NCBI GenBank assembly: GCA_963662585.1
Contig: OY759729.1
Coordinates: 1,952,001 to 2,016,000, forward strand
Reading direction: 5' to 3'
From: Candidatus Cloacimonadales bacterium
Lineage (GTDB): Bacteria; Cloacimonadota; Cloacimonadia; Cloacimonadales; JAFGVF01
DNA length: 64,000 bases
Made by a program: the position numbers and the translations under genes. Positions 51,622 to 62,637 of the stretch are shown one piece after another; the stretch's first letter is position 1, and each line of letters opens with the position of its first letter. Under the pieces are notes generated by a model. That model did not search any database, was not told the origin of the DNA, and saw only the letters and a list, made by a program, of their open reading frames with translations.

Positions 51622-52926
51622 ATGAGAAAACTAATTAGCGTAGCTATGATGATTTTATCATTACTAGTAGTAGCGAATTGCTCCAAAAATGAGCAAGTAA
51701 TCCAAGAAGTACCTAAGGAAGTTACAACAGAAACAATCCCAGAAGCTGAAGTAGAAGTTAGCTCTGAAGATTATCCAGAGTATCTTAAGGATTTCTATAA
51801 TGATGCTGATAGAGAGTACTCAATTTCTGAAGCAAACAACAAATTGTCTTTAGTTCTTTTTAAGATCATAGAAGAAAAGAATAAAAATCTTGTATTCTCC
51901 TCTTTTTCTATTTCTAATGCCTTAGCCATGGCTGCTGAAACAACTAATGAGGAAATCTCTAATTCTATTAGAAGAGGACTCCGCCTTCCTAAAGATGTTC
52001 TTAAAATCAGAGATGGCTATCAATCTATCTTAAAAAACTATGGAAGAGAAAACAAAGATTATATTCTAAATATAGCTAATGCTGTATGGATAGATAATAA
52101 ATATTCTCTAGAGTCTGAAAGGCAAGAAAATATTGAAAAATACTATTTAGGTCAAGCCTTAGCTTTTGATAATTTAAAATCTAAAGATACAGCTGATCGA
52201 GTAAATGATTGGTGTGATGCTAAAACAAATGGTATGATCAAGAAGATTATTAATGAAGGAGATATTCATTCACTTACTCATTTAATCCTAACTAATGCTA
52301 TCTATTTCAAAGGGTCATGGCAAGAAGAATTTGACGAGGGAAATACTAGCAAGGAAGCTTTTTATAATTCCCTAAGGAACGAATCTCAAGTTGATTTTAT
52401 GAAGATAGAAGAGAACTTTGCCTATACAGAAGATGATAATGTTCAAGTTCTGAAAATGAACTATAGAGGTAGAGACTTTTCAATGTTAGTTATTCTTCCA
52501 AGAGAGAATGATATTAGAGCTTTGCAAGATAATCTTACTTCCGAGATTTTAGCTAAATGGAATAAAGAACTTAAAACTTATAAGGTCAATGTTCAATTAC
52601 CTAAATTCAAATTTGATTTTGATGCAGACTTAAATGAGCCATTAAAGAAAATAGGAATGGCAAGAGCATTTACCTCAAAAACAGCTGATGAATTATACAT
52701 TGATAAAGTACTTCATAAAGCTATCATTGATGTTAATGAAAAGGGTACTGAGGCTGCTGCAGTTACTGCTGTTGCCATGACTACTCGAAGCATGCCACCT
52801 CAATATGAATACAGAGAATTTAATGCTAATCATCCATTTATCTTTGTTATTCAAGATAATAAGACTCAAAATATTCTCTTTATGGGAAAAGTTGAGAATC
52901 CTGTCTATGAGGAAGCTAAGAATTAA
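51622..52926 (+). CDS. Serpin, probable lipoprotein
   Basis: VANC lipobox, NAIYFKGSW, hinge EKGTEAAAVT and FNANHPFIF. Confidence 0.95.
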   Translation: MRKLISVAMMILSLLVVANCSKNEQVIQEVPKEVTTETIPEAEVEVSSEDYPEYLKDFYNDADREYSISEANNKLSLVLFKIIEEKNKNLVFSSFSISNALAMAAETTNEEISNSIRRGLRLPKDVLKIRDGYQSILKNYGRENKDYILNIANAVWIDNKYSLESERQENIEKYYLGQALAFDNLKSKDTADRVNDWCDAKTNGMIKKIINEGDIHSLTHLILTNAIYFKGSWQEEFDEGNTSKEAFYNSLRNESQVDFMKIEENFAYTEDDNVQVLKMNYRGRDFSMLVILPRENDIRALQDNLTSEILAKWNKELKTYKVNVQLPKFKFDFDADLNEPLKKIGMARAFTSKTADELYIDKVLHKAIIDVNEKGTEAAAVTAVAMTTRSMPPQYEYREFNANHPFIFVIQDNKTQNILFMGKVENPVYEEAKN

Positions 52927-52970
52927 GAACGAGAATTAAAATTTTTAGACAAAGATTTATCCATATTAAA

Positions 52971-53008
52971 AAAACCTTGTAATTGGTTTTCAACAACTAC
53001 AAGGTTTT
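52971..53008. terminator. Bidirectional terminator between serpin and fusA
   Basis: AAAACCTTGTAATTG-N8-CAACTACAAGGTTTT flanked by A/T runs. Confidence 0.82.
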
Positions 53009-53038
53009 AATTTTATCTTACTAGTTAATTACTAACTA

Positions 53039-55117
53039 TTAATTACCTTTTTCAGCGTTTCTTTTTCTAATATCTTCGAGCATCTTTTCTTCCATTTGCT
53101 TAGGAACTCTTTTGTAAGATGAGAATTCAAGAGAGAATTCAGATTTACCTTGAGTAAGTGAACGGAGGATAGTAGCGTAACCGAAGATTTCAGAGAGAGG
53201 AATCTCAGCAATAATGCGTGAGAATTGATCATCAATTTCAGTATCAAGAACAACACCACGGCGTTGATTGATAGAACCCATGACATTACCTCTAAATTCT
53301 GATGGAGTCTCAACTTCAATTTTCATAATTGGCTCCATGATATAAGGGTTTGCTTTTTTATAAACTTCTCTGAAAGCAGCTTTAGTAGCAACTTCAAAAG
53401 CCATTTGTGAAGAGTCAACTTGGTGATAAGAACCATCATTAAGTTCAAATTCAATACCAACTACAGGGAAGCCTGTTAAATCACCTTTATCAAGTGAAGC
53501 TCTGAAACCTTTTTCCACTGAAGGGATATAAGTTCCAGGAATAACGCCACCAGTGATTTTATCTACAAAGATACTATCACCATCGGTAGGTCTGATAGCA
53601 CCAGCGATTTTAGCAAACTGTCCGCGTCCACCTGATTGCTTCTTATGAGTATAATTAAAGAGAGCTTCAGAACCGATAGATTCACGGTAAGCAACTTCAG
53701 GTTGACCTGTCTGAATTTCTACTTTATATTCTCTTCTCATTCTTTCGATATAAACATCTAAGTGAAGTTCACCCATACCTGAGATAATTGTTTGGTTAGA
53801 TTCTTCATCAACCTCATATCTGAAAGTAGGATCTTCTTTAGCGAATCTATTAAGAGCTTTACCCATATTAGTAAGAGATTTCTTATCATTACAAGTAACT
53901 GCAAGAGAAATAATTGGATCTGGAACGAACATAGATTTTAATGATAATACTTTGCTTCCGCCATTGAAAGTATCTCCAAGAGAACAATCAACACCAAACA
54001 TAGCGATGATATCACCTGTTTGACCTTCAACAATATCTTCCATAGAGTCTGAATGCATTCTGATTAAACGGCCAACTTTAACTCTTTTGCCATTAGTAAC
54101 ATTAGTAATATCAGCACCTTTCTTTAAAGTACCTTGATAGATTCTTAAATAAGTTAACTGACCATAAACTTGATTATCTAACTTGAAAGCCATAGCAACT
54201 AAATCATCATTAGGATTGTGGCTAAGGGCAATCTCTTTATCTCCTGCTTCTACATCATAAGCGTAGTTAGTTACATCAGTTGGAGCAGGAAGATAATCTA
54301 AAACAGCATCTAATAATTTTTGGACACCTTTATTTTTATAAGCAGTTCCAAGGAATACAGGTACAAATTCACGACTGATAGTACCAATTCTTACTGCTTT
54401 ATGAATCATCTCTTCAGTTTCGTTTCCTTCTAGGAATGCTTCCATAAGCTCTTCTGAGAACATTGAAGCCTGATCTATCATCTGTTCGCGTTTCTCAACA
54501 GCAAAGTCATATAGGTCAGCAGGAATCTCTTTCTCCACTAAGATATCACCGTTAGGTCCTTCGTAATAAACCGCAACCATCTTAACTAAATCTATAATTC
54601 CTTCGAAATCATCTCCAGAACCAATTGGAAGTTGCATCATCACTGCATTTCTTCCTAATTTTTCACGGACTTGAGAAGTAACTCTGATAGGATCTGCTCC
54701 TGATCTATCCATTTTATTAACAAATACTAAATTAGGTACATCATATCTTTTTAACTGGCGATCAACAGTGATTGTCTGTGATTGTACGCCTCCAACACTA
54801 CAGAGCACAAGAATTGCTCCGTCTAACACTCTAAGAGCGTTTTCAACTTCGATAGTGAAGTCAACATGGCCAGGTGTATCAATTAAGTTGATGTCATAAC
54901 CTTTCCAAGTAACACTTGTAGCAGCTGATGCAATGGTAATACCGCGCTCTTTTTCCAATTCCATGGAGTCCATAGTAGCTCCAACACCATCTTTTCCACG
55001 CACTTCATGGATAGTGTGAATTTTTCCTGTATAATAAAGAATTCTTTCTGATAATGTCGTTTTCCCTGAGTCGATATGAGCACTAATTCCAATATTCCTA
55101 AGTTTCGTAATGTCCAT
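53039..55117 (-). CDS. fusA: Elongation factor G, stand-alone (spdEFG1/mtEFG1-like)
   Basis: [26 protein letters not shown] and GMGELHL; not next to rpsG or tuf. Confidence 0.96.
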   Translation of the reverse strand: MDITKLRNIGISAHIDSGKTTLSERILYYTGKIHTIHEVRGKDGVGATMDSMELEKERGITIASAATSVTWKGYDINLIDTPGHVDFTIEVENALRVLDGAILVLCSVGGVQSQTITVDRQLKRYDVPNLVFVNKMDRSGADPIRVTSQVREKLGRNAVMMQLPIGSGDDFEGIIDLVKMVAVYYEGPNGDILVEKEIPADLYDFAVEKREQMIDQASMFSEELMEAFLEGNETEEMIHKAVRIGTISREFVPVFLGTAYKNKGVQKLLDAVLDYLPAPTDVTNYAYDVEAGDKEIALSHNPNDDLVAMAFKLDNQVYGQLTYLRIYQGTLKKGADITNVTNGKRVKVGRLIRMHSDSMEDIVEGQTGDIIAMFGVDCSLGDTFNGGSKVLSLKSMFVPDPIISLAVTCNDKKSLTNMGKALNRFAKEDPTFRYEVDEESNQTIISGMGELHLDVYIERMRREYKVEIQTGQPEVAYRESIGSEALFNYTHKKQSGGRGQFAKIAGAIRPTDGDSIFVDKITGGVIPGTYIPSVEKGFRASLDKGDLTGFPVVGIEFELNDGSYHQVDSSQMAFEVATKAAFREVYKKANPYIMEPIMKIEVETPSEFRGNVMGSINQRRGVVLDTEIDDQFSRIIAEIPLSEIFGYATILRSLTQGKSEFSLEFSSYKRVPKQMEEKMLEDIRKRNAEKGN

Positions 55118-55305
55118 TTAATTTCCTTTTTTTATTTCCTTTGCATTTTGATTATTTTATTTAATAATTTGTTCATTGAAATGCAAAAAAAAATGATTAA
55201 GGTTATTTAGCAAGAAAAATTTTGTTTACAAAAATTTACATTCAAAAATTATATAATAATAGGGTGTATTTTAATGCCTATACAAGCAAAGTAAAGGAAA
55301 TTTAA

Positions 55306-57705
55306 ATGAATAAAAAAAGTGTGATTTTCTTATTGGGATTAGTTATTTTTGGCACATTATTTGGACAGTACAGAGTTCCAGATAGCAGAATTAGAGAAGT
55401 TTATGAAATTACTAAGCCTCCTTATGTAATATTTAAACCATTTACTGATTTCGGCTGTGAAATAAGTTATGACCCTAAAATAGAATTAATAGAAATTGCT
55501 GAAGCAGATATAGAATTAGCTGGAAATAAGTTTTCTCCTCGACTAAATGCTACCAAGAAATTCTATCAAACTAATAGTTTTTCTCTAGTTGATTTTAGTA
55601 ATGAGAGTAAAACTGCCATAAATTTAGATAAATATCAGGGAATCAGAACTAGCTTTTATTCCTTTGATCATTCTAAAGCAATCATGACTTATGATCTTGA
55701 GGATGGGGTTAGCTTCATTTTAGTAGATTTTACTACTAAGAAAATAGTTGAATATCCTGAAATCAGACTTAATGGCGCAATGGGTGAACCACATGTGCAA
55801 TGGCTTGCTAATCAGAAGGAAGTCCTTATCGGAATGATTCCTCAGGAGAGAGGAGAGAAACCTAATTCTGATATACTTCCCGATTCCCCTATAATAGAAG
55901 AGACTTCTGGGAAGTTAAGTCAGCTCAGAACTTATACTAATCTTTTAAAATCTCCCCAAGATGAAGCACTTTTTGACTACTATTTTACAAGTCAAATCGC
56001 TATAGTTAATCTTAAATCCAAGAAGATTAAAAAAATAGGCAAACCTGGCATTTATCGTTCTGCCTCAATTTCTCCTAATAATAAGCTTCTGATAGTTACT
56101 CAAATTAATAAGCCTTATTCTTACACGGTTCCTTATTATTACTTTCCTCAAACAACTTCAATATGGAATCTTAAAGGAAAAGAGCTTAAACAGTTAATTA
56201 CAAGAGACTTGCAAGATGAAATACCCATTGGGGGAACTTATTCTGGTCAAAGGTATCATCATTGGTTACCTATTGCTGATCAAACTCTTGTTTGGTATGA
56301 AGCTCAAGATAATGGCGACCCTAAAGTAGAAGTAGAATATCGCGATATTATCTATACAAGTCAGTATCCATTTAAGGAAAGAGAAGAATTTTATCGAACT
56401 CAGCATAGAGCAACAGGATATGACTGTTTTGCTGATAAAAAAAGTATCATCTTCGGAGATTATGATAGAGATAAATTATGGACTAGACAGTGGTTATATA
56501 ATTTAGAAGATAGTTCTAAAACTCTTATCACTAATCAATCTGTAAATGATAAATATGCAGATAGGGGAGATATTTTTACTGTCTGGGATGAGAATAAAGA
56601 GAAAGTCATTGTCCGCAATGGTAATTTAGTCTATTACATTAATAATACTGGAGCAACTCCAGAAGGAAATAAACCTTTCTTAGCCTCATTTAATTTAGAG
56701 ACTTTAGAATTTACTAAGATATATGAAGCAGATCCTGCAAAATATGAACAGATTGTTACTTTTGCTGATCCTGATTTCACAAGTATTATCATTGGTAGTC
56801 AAGATGTTATGCACCCTAGGAATTATCAGCTAGTTAATCTACTAACAGGAGAAAGAAGAACATTAACTAATAATATTGACCCTTATCCTGAATATGCAAA
56901 TTTACAAAAAGAATTAGTTAATTATAAAAGAAGTGATGGTTTAGACTTATCAGGAATACTCTACCTCCCTTATGATTATGACGGCTCTGAAAAGTTACCT
57001 CTGATTATTCATGCTTATCCAAGAGAATTTGTAAGTGCAAAGACTGCAGGACAGGTCTCAGGTAGCGATAAAACCTTTACTTGGTATTATGGTGATGATA
57101 TTAGATATCTTGCTATGAGTGGCTACGCTGTACTTTATAATGCCTCTATTCCTATTGTGGGAGAACCTGAAGTGGTTAATGATACTTTTATTGAACAACT
57201 GCTAGATGGAGTAAATTCAGCAATAACTTTCTTAGATAATAAAGGGGTAATCGACCCTAGTAGAGTAGGTATTATTGGCCATAGCTATGGAGCTTTTATG
57301 GTGGCTAATGTTCTAGCTAACTCAGATTTATGCCAGGTAGGTGTTGCCAAGAGTGGGGCTTATAATAGAACTCTAACCCCTTTTGGCTTTCAAAAAGAGA
57401 GAAGAACTTTCTGGCAAGCTAAAGATTTCTACTTAAAAGTTTCTCCTTTTGCAACAGCAGATCAGATAAATGAACCGATTCTTTTAATCCATGGTGATAA
57501 AGACCCTAATAGTGGAACATATCCGATGCAGACTCAAAGATTCTACCAAGCTATAAAAGGAAATGGGGGAACCGCCAAGATGGTAATTTTACCATTTGAA
57601 GAACACGGCTATCGGGCTAAAGAATCTGAACTGCATGTTTTAGCGGAAGTTATTGAATGGTTTGACAGATTCCTTAAGGTAGATAAAACTGACACTAATG
57701 ACTAA
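55306..57705 (+). CDS. Secreted S9 family peptidase (glutamyl endopeptidase/S9D-like)
   Basis: Signal peptide; AYPREF, GHSYGAFM, SGAYNRTLTPFGFQ, HGDKDPN and EEHGY. Confidence 0.92.
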   Translation: MNKKSVIFLLGLVIFGTLFGQYRVPDSRIREVYEITKPPYVIFKPFTDFGCEISYDPKIELIEIAEADIELAGNKFSPRLNATKKFYQTNSFSLVDFSNESKTAINLDKYQGIRTSFYSFDHSKAIMTYDLEDGVSFILVDFTTKKIVEYPEIRLNGAMGEPHVQWLANQKEVLIGMIPQERGEKPNSDILPDSPIIEETSGKLSQLRTYTNLLKSPQDEALFDYYFTSQIAIVNLKSKKIKKIGKPGIYRSASISPNNKLLIVTQINKPYSYTVPYYYFPQTTSIWNLKGKELKQLITRDLQDEIPIGGTYSGQRYHHWLPIADQTLVWYEAQDNGDPKVEVEYRDIIYTSQYPFKEREEFYRTQHRATGYDCFADKKSIIFGDYDRDKLWTRQWLYNLEDSSKTLITNQSVNDKYADRGDIFTVWDENKEKVIVRNGNLVYYINNTGATPEGNKPFLASFNLETLEFTKIYEADPAKYEQIVTFADPDFTSIIIGSQDVMHPRNYQLVNLLTGERRTLTNNIDPYPEYANLQKELVNYKRSDGLDLSGILYLPYDYDGSEKLPLIIHAYPREFVSAKTAGQVSGSDKTFTWYYGDDIRYLAMSGYAVLYNASIPIVGEPEVVNDTFIEQLLDGVNSAITFLDNKGVIDPSRVGIIGHSYGAFMVANVLANSDLCQVGVAKSGAYNRTLTPFGFQKERRTFWQAKDFYLKVSPFATADQINEPILLIHGDKDPNSGTYPMQTQRFYQAIKGNGGTAKMVILPFEEHGYRAKESELHVLAEVIEWFDRFLKVDKTDTND

Positions 57706-58714
57706 AAATAACAAAATTATTAATGATATAATTAATTTACCTGCCCAAATCCCCTTTGTGGCGATTACGGGTATGTGCAAAAATGCTGGTAAAACAACTT
57801 TCTTGAATTGGTTAACCACTAGCTTATCTCAAGTAGGTCAAGTTGCTTTATTAACCACTGGGAGAGATGGTGAGGACTATGATTTAGTAGGAGGACATGA
57901 GAAACCTAAGGTTTTTATTCCCCAAAACTCAATCTTTGTTACCCATTCTAATATCTTAGAGAGATTTGCCGGGAAAGTTGAAGTATTACTTAAAAGTGAA
58001 TATAAAGCAGCTTCCTTTGATATCTGGCTTGTAAAAGCTCTGCAAGATTTAGAGACTGAGATTATTGGCCCTAGTACAGCTTCTGAACAGATTGCTCTAG
58101 CTAGGCAAATTAAGGCTTTTAATCCTAGATTTGTGCTAATTGATGGTTCTTTAGATAGAAAAGCAATTACTCTGAAACCTGAAATAGACGCTATGATTCT
58201 AGTTGTTAGTGCAAATTTTGGTTCTTTAAATGAGATTATCGCAGAACTTAAAAGGCTGATTCTCTTAACTAAAATCCCGCAATTACCTGACTCAGAAATG
58301 GTTATTGAAGAGGAAAACTTCTTATTAATTAAAAATAAGGAAGTAGTATTACAAAAGAGTACTTTACTTGGATTTGAGAAAGAAGTTAACTCTTACTTGA
58401 ATGAAAATAGTGTTGATCAAATCTATTTACCTGGAGTGTTAACAGATACTATTTGGGATAAAGTAAAAAAGAGCTTTATTGCTAATTCCAAGTCAATGCT
58501 AATATCTCATCCTTATCAACTTCACTTAAGTTATGCTAATTTACAAGAACTACTCTCACAAATGAAAGTTCAAGCTAAACATAAATTTATCATATCGGGG
58601 TTAGCTCTAAATAGTTTTTCTATTAAAGGAAGACATTTAGATGCAGGTCTCCTGTATGCAGCAGTTTCTAAAATAACAAATATAGCAATAATAGATTGCA
58701 TGGAGGCCTTTTAG
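57698..58714 (+). CDS. P-loop-like protein resembling KamB (lysine 5,6-aminomutase reactivase subunit)
   Basis: ITGMCKNAGKTTFLN, TTGRDGE, IIGPS and LIDGSLDRK; family resemblance recalled, not searched. Confidence 0.55.
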   Translation: MTKNNKIINDIINLPAQIPFVAITGMCKNAGKTTFLNWLTTSLSQVGQVALLTTGRDGEDYDLVGGHEKPKVFIPQNSIFVTHSNILERFAGKVEVLLKSEYKAASFDIWLVKALQDLETEIIGPSTASEQIALARQIKAFNPRFVLIDGSLDRKAITLKPEIDAMILVVSANFGSLNEIIAELKRLILLTKIPQLPDSEMVIEEENFLLIKNKEVVLQKSTLLGFEKEVNSYLNENSVDQIYLPGVLTDTIWDKVKKSFIANSKSMLISHPYQLHLSYANLQELLSQMKVQAKHKFIISGLALNSFSIKGRHLDAGLLYAAVSKITNIAIIDCMEAF

Positions 58715-59616
58715 TGAATAGAACAAAACGATCAATTAATCTTGGTTTGTTTACCAATATTATATTTTCCATTTTAAAAACAGTAATCGGTATCTATGGA
58801 AAGAGTCAGGCTCTTATCGCAGACGGAATTAACTCAACTTCTGATGTTGCTTACTACCTTGCCGTAAGTATATTTATGAAAAAATCTAATAAACCTGCCG
58901 ACGAAGAACATCCTTATGGTCATCGTCAATTAGATAATATTGCTGCGATTGTTGTCGGAGCATTTATTGTTACAACTGGTGCGACTATCTTCTGGAATTC
59001 TATAACTACGCTTTATAGTCTCTGGAAAGGCGAATATGGCGTTGCTCAGAAATTCTTCTTACCTATGATTATTGCTTCTATAACAGTAGTAGCTAAAATT
59101 TTCTTGTACTTAGATTCAAAAATTACTTATAAACAGACTAAAAATCCAACTATTAAGGCTTTAATGAATGATCATGTTAATGATATCATGGCTTCTGGAG
59201 CTGTTTTAATAAGTCTTATTTTTGCATACTATAATAGTAATTTGGTCTGGATCGACCCAGTTGCTTCTTGCCTAGTTGCTGTATTTATCTTTAAAACAGG
59301 ATTTGAAATATTAATAGATTCTTCTAATGACTTGATGGATTCTATGCCTGATGAAGATTTTGGACAAAGAATCGAAAAGATTCTGCTTGCTCATAAGAAT
59401 GTTTATGGCATTAGTCATATTGGAGTGCATAAATATGGACCTTCCTTTGTCCTAAACCTCACTATCGAAGTTGATTCTCATCTGACAGTTGTTCAAGGTG
59501 ATGAAATTTGTGATGAACTCGAAATTCAACTTTTACAAGAATTCCCTGATAGTCTAAAGAAAACTAATATTCATTATCATCCTAAAAAGGCTTCTAATAG
59601 AATTAACCAAAAGTAA
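58714..59616 (+). CDS. Cation diffusion facilitator (FieF-like) transporter
   Basis: GTG start after GGAGG; SQALIADG, KPADEEHPYGH, DHVND and NIHYHP. Confidence 0.93.
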   Translation: MNRTKRSINLGLFTNIIFSILKTVIGIYGKSQALIADGINSTSDVAYYLAVSIFMKKSNKPADEEHPYGHRQLDNIAAIVVGAFIVTTGATIFWNSITTLYSLWKGEYGVAQKFFLPMIIASITVVAKIFLYLDSKITYKQTKNPTIKALMNDHVNDIMASGAVLISLIFAYYNSNLVWIDPVASCLVAVFIFKTGFEILIDSSNDLMDSMPDEDFGQRIEKILLAHKNVYGISHIGVHKYGPSFVLNLTIEVDSHLTVVQGDEICDELEIQLLQEFPDSLKKTNIHYHPKKASNRINQK

Positions 59617-59651
59617 GAGTGAATATCTTAACTCTCTTTTATTGAGAATTC

Positions 59652-59681
59652 AGGCAGTAGATATCTTGATGTTTACTGCCT
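59652..59681. other. 14-bp hairpin downstream of CDF gene
   Basis: AGGCAGTAGATATC-TT-GATGTTTACTGCCT with two G-U pairs on the + strand. Confidence 0.6.
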
Positions 59682-60224
59682 AATTACCATGTCTTTAGCC
59701 TCTCCTTAAGTCCTTTCCCAAGGCTTCTTCCTAATCATCTAAATTAGTATTCGTTAATTATTCGCATTCAATGATAGAAAGCTATTGACGACCCTTTATG
59801 GTAAAATGGAGATTGGCATAAAAGCAGTAAATATAAGCCTGTTCGTTTAGTCATTCTTGTTTGTTTTATGAGACTCTAAAATCTTGTTCTACTTTAGCCT
59901 TTGTACTTCACCAATTCTTATTATCGAGTGAAATTTGAGTATTTTCCGGTGAGAATTTAGACTTCTCCCATAGAGATTCACAAGTCTGTTCTATTCATTA
60001 TAAGAATTTGAAGTCATGGAGGGCTACTTGCTCTGAAAGCGGGTAGAGCTATTAATGAAGGACTTTTCAATAATTTCTAAAAAAATACTTGCAATTATAT
60101 TAATGTTAGGAGAAATTGAATCAAAGTACTTATTTAAGTATTTTGAATAAATTGATTTAAGGGTTAATCCCTAATTAATAAGGGTTTAGCACAAATTTAC
60201 TGAGTAAGTTTAATAGGAGAAGTA

Positions 60225-61184
60225 ATGAATATATTAATAACAGGTGGAGCAGGTTTTATTGGCTCACATTTAGCTGAAAAACTTTTAAAGCAAGGACATA
60301 AAGTTATAGTATTAGATAACTTATCTACAGGTAGTTTGGAAAATGTTAAGCATTTGCGTAACGATCCAAATTTCCTTCTGCATATTGGTTCAATATTGAA
60401 TTATGAATTATTAGAGGAGTTAGTTTCACAATGTAAAATAGTTTATCACATGGCTGCGGCAGTAGGTGTTAAATATATTATTGAGAATCCTTTACTTTCT
60501 CTTAGAACCAACATCGTTGGAACCGAGAATGTCTTAGAGCTTGCTCATAAGTATAAGTGTAAAGTTTTGGTAGCATCTACTTCAGAGATCTATGGTAAAA
60601 GTGATAACACTCCATTTAAAGAGCAGGATGATAGATTATTAGGATCAACTCATATTAGCCGTTGGGGTTATAGTACTGCCAAAGCAGTGGATGAGTTTTT
60701 AGCTTTAGCTTTTTATAGAGAAAAGAAATTACCTGTTGTTATCGTAAGATTATTCAACACCGTAGGTCCACGCCAAACAGGTCAGTATGGAATGGTTATT
60801 CCTAAGTTTGTTAAGGCTGCCCTTTTAGACCAACCTTTAGTTATTCATGGAACAGGAAAACAGAGTAGATGTTTCACTGATGTGGACGATGTTTCTGATG
60901 CTCTTATAAAGCTAATGGAAACACCAAAATGTGAAGGTAATATCTATAATGTAGGTTCTACTGAATCTATAAGTATTGAAGAGTTAGCTCACAAGATAAA
61001 GAAAGCATCTAAGTCTAAATCAAAAATTGAATATATGGCTTATGAAGATGTCTTTGAAGAAGGTTTTGAAGATATGATGAAAAGAATGCCTGATATTACC
61101 AAAATAGAAAAAGCAATAGGATATAAAAGAAAATATACTTTGGATCAAATAATTGAGAGAGTAATTAACTATTATGAAGAATAA
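60225..61184 (+). CDS. NAD-dependent nucleotide-sugar epimerase/dehydratase
   Basis: TGGAGFIGSH, ASTSEIYG, YSTAK and RLFNTVGPRQ. Confidence 0.95.
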   Translation: MNILITGGAGFIGSHLAEKLLKQGHKVIVLDNLSTGSLENVKHLRNDPNFLLHIGSILNYELLEELVSQCKIVYHMAAAVGVKYIIENPLLSLRTNIVGTENVLELAHKYKCKVLVASTSEIYGKSDNTPFKEQDDRLLGSTHISRWGYSTAKAVDEFLALAFYREKKLPVVIVRLFNTVGPRQTGQYGMVIPKFVKAALLDQPLVIHGTGKQSRCFTDVDDVSDALIKLMETPKCEGNIYNVGSTESISIEELAHKIKKASKSKSKIEYMAYEDVFEEGFEDMMKRMPDITKIEKAIGYKRKYTLDQIIERVINYYEE

Positions 61185-62607
61185 GTTAGTTATAATAACA
61201 CTTTTACTAAGCTTAGTATTTCAAATTGTAGCTCTGCCTGTTAATATCTCTATTGTTGGAAATGTTGATGAGCCAGGGGTTTATGTCTTAGACTCTGCAA
61301 ATAGAGTTTCTCAAGCTATTCAATTAATAGAATTTGGTATAACACCCGATTCTTCAAGCTTATTAGGGTCAGCAGGACTATCTGAAATGTCTGATTTTCA
61401 AATTGATACAAGCCTGTTGGAGAAACAGAAAGAAGCTTTGGCAATGAGAAATTCTCAAAAAATGGCGCCAAACTCTCAGCTCCAAGCAGAAGTAGAGGAA
61501 GAAGAAGTTTTCGAGTCCCAAGGAATCTCTAAAAGAAAAGTAATTTTAGTTAGAAATGGTGTCTCTCAAGAGTTAAATCTTCAAGCTTTTTACCTTAATG
61601 GCGATTTGAAGAATAATCCTTATTTGCAAAATGATGATATTATTAAGGTATTACCTATTGAGAGAAGTGTAAAGCTAACTGGTGAAGTTAACCGTGAGGG
61701 AGAATATGAATTTAATGAGGGCGAGAAATTATCAGACCTAATTGAATTTTGTCAAGGCCTTACCAGTGATGCAGATTCATCCAATATCAGAATTGAAAGA
61801 TATAATCATCAAACAGGTGAATTAACTGCTTTAACGGTGAACTACCAAGAAGTTTTACTCAATTTAAACTCTTCTGAAAATATAGTTCTCAATCATAATG
61901 ATTTAGTAAAAGTATTTCCTAAACCATACTTAAATAAGAGGAAAATTGTTGAAGTTAAGGGCTTAGTTAAATATCCTGGAGAGTACTCAATTGATGATAA
62001 CAGTAGCCTTTTATCAGTTCTGGAAAGTGCAGGAGGTCCACTAAATAGTGCAGATCTTAATTTCGCTATCTTAATTGATAAATCTCTTTTTGAGTCTTAT
62101 GACCCTGATTTAGAGCGCTTACTTGCTTCTAATTCTTCACTTATGTCAATTTCTGAATACTCTTATATTCAGACTAAACTTCGTGAAGTAGCAGGAAAGC
62201 ATTATGTGAATATAAAAAAGCTTTGGGAAACCAAGGATGAAAAATATAATAGAAAAGTTAAAGCTGGTGATATAATATATATCAAAGAGCCACTTTTACT
62301 AGTTAATGTCTCAGGAGCAGTTCAAAATGCAGGACTGCAACCTTGGGAAGAGGGTAAAAGCTTATCTCACTATATTAATAAGTCAGGTGGTTATATACCT
62401 TCAGCTTTTGAAAGTAAAGTTAGAGTAATTCGCTATGATACAAGCGTTTGGGTGGAAGCAACAAATAAAACAGTTATCAATCCCGGGGATGAGATATTTG
62501 TTCCAGAAGTTGAAGATAAAACTATATGGAATTATATTACTGAAGGTCTTGCTGTTACAGCTCAGCTAATCACAATTGTGTTAGGTGTTCACACATTAAC
62601 CAAGTAA
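61174..62607 (+). CDS. SLBB-domain polysaccharide export protein (Wza/KpsD-like)
   Basis: Repeated V.G.V..PG.Y SLBB motifs, NPYLQNDDII and INPGDEIFVP; C-terminal helix. Confidence 0.88.
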   Translation: MKNKLVIITLLLSLVFQIVALPVNISIVGNVDEPGVYVLDSANRVSQAIQLIEFGITPDSSSLLGSAGLSEMSDFQIDTSLLEKQKEALAMRNSQKMAPNSQLQAEVEEEEVFESQGISKRKVILVRNGVSQELNLQAFYLNGDLKNNPYLQNDDIIKVLPIERSVKLTGEVNREGEYEFNEGEKLSDLIEFCQGLTSDADSSNIRIERYNHQTGELTALTVNYQEVLLNLNSSENIVLNHNDLVKVFPKPYLNKRKIVEVKGLVKYPGEYSIDDNSSLLSVLESAGGPLNSADLNFAILIDKSLFESYDPDLERLLASNSSLMSISEYSYIQTKLREVAGKHYVNIKKLWETKDEKYNRKVKAGDIIYIKEPLLLVNVSGAVQNAGLQPWEEGKSLSHYINKSGGYIPSAFESKVRVIRYDTSVWVEATNKTVINPGDEIFVPEVEDKTIWNYITEGLAVTAQLITIVLGVHTLTK

Positions 62608-62637
62608 CACTAAAATAAGCATGATAATGGAGAAAAA

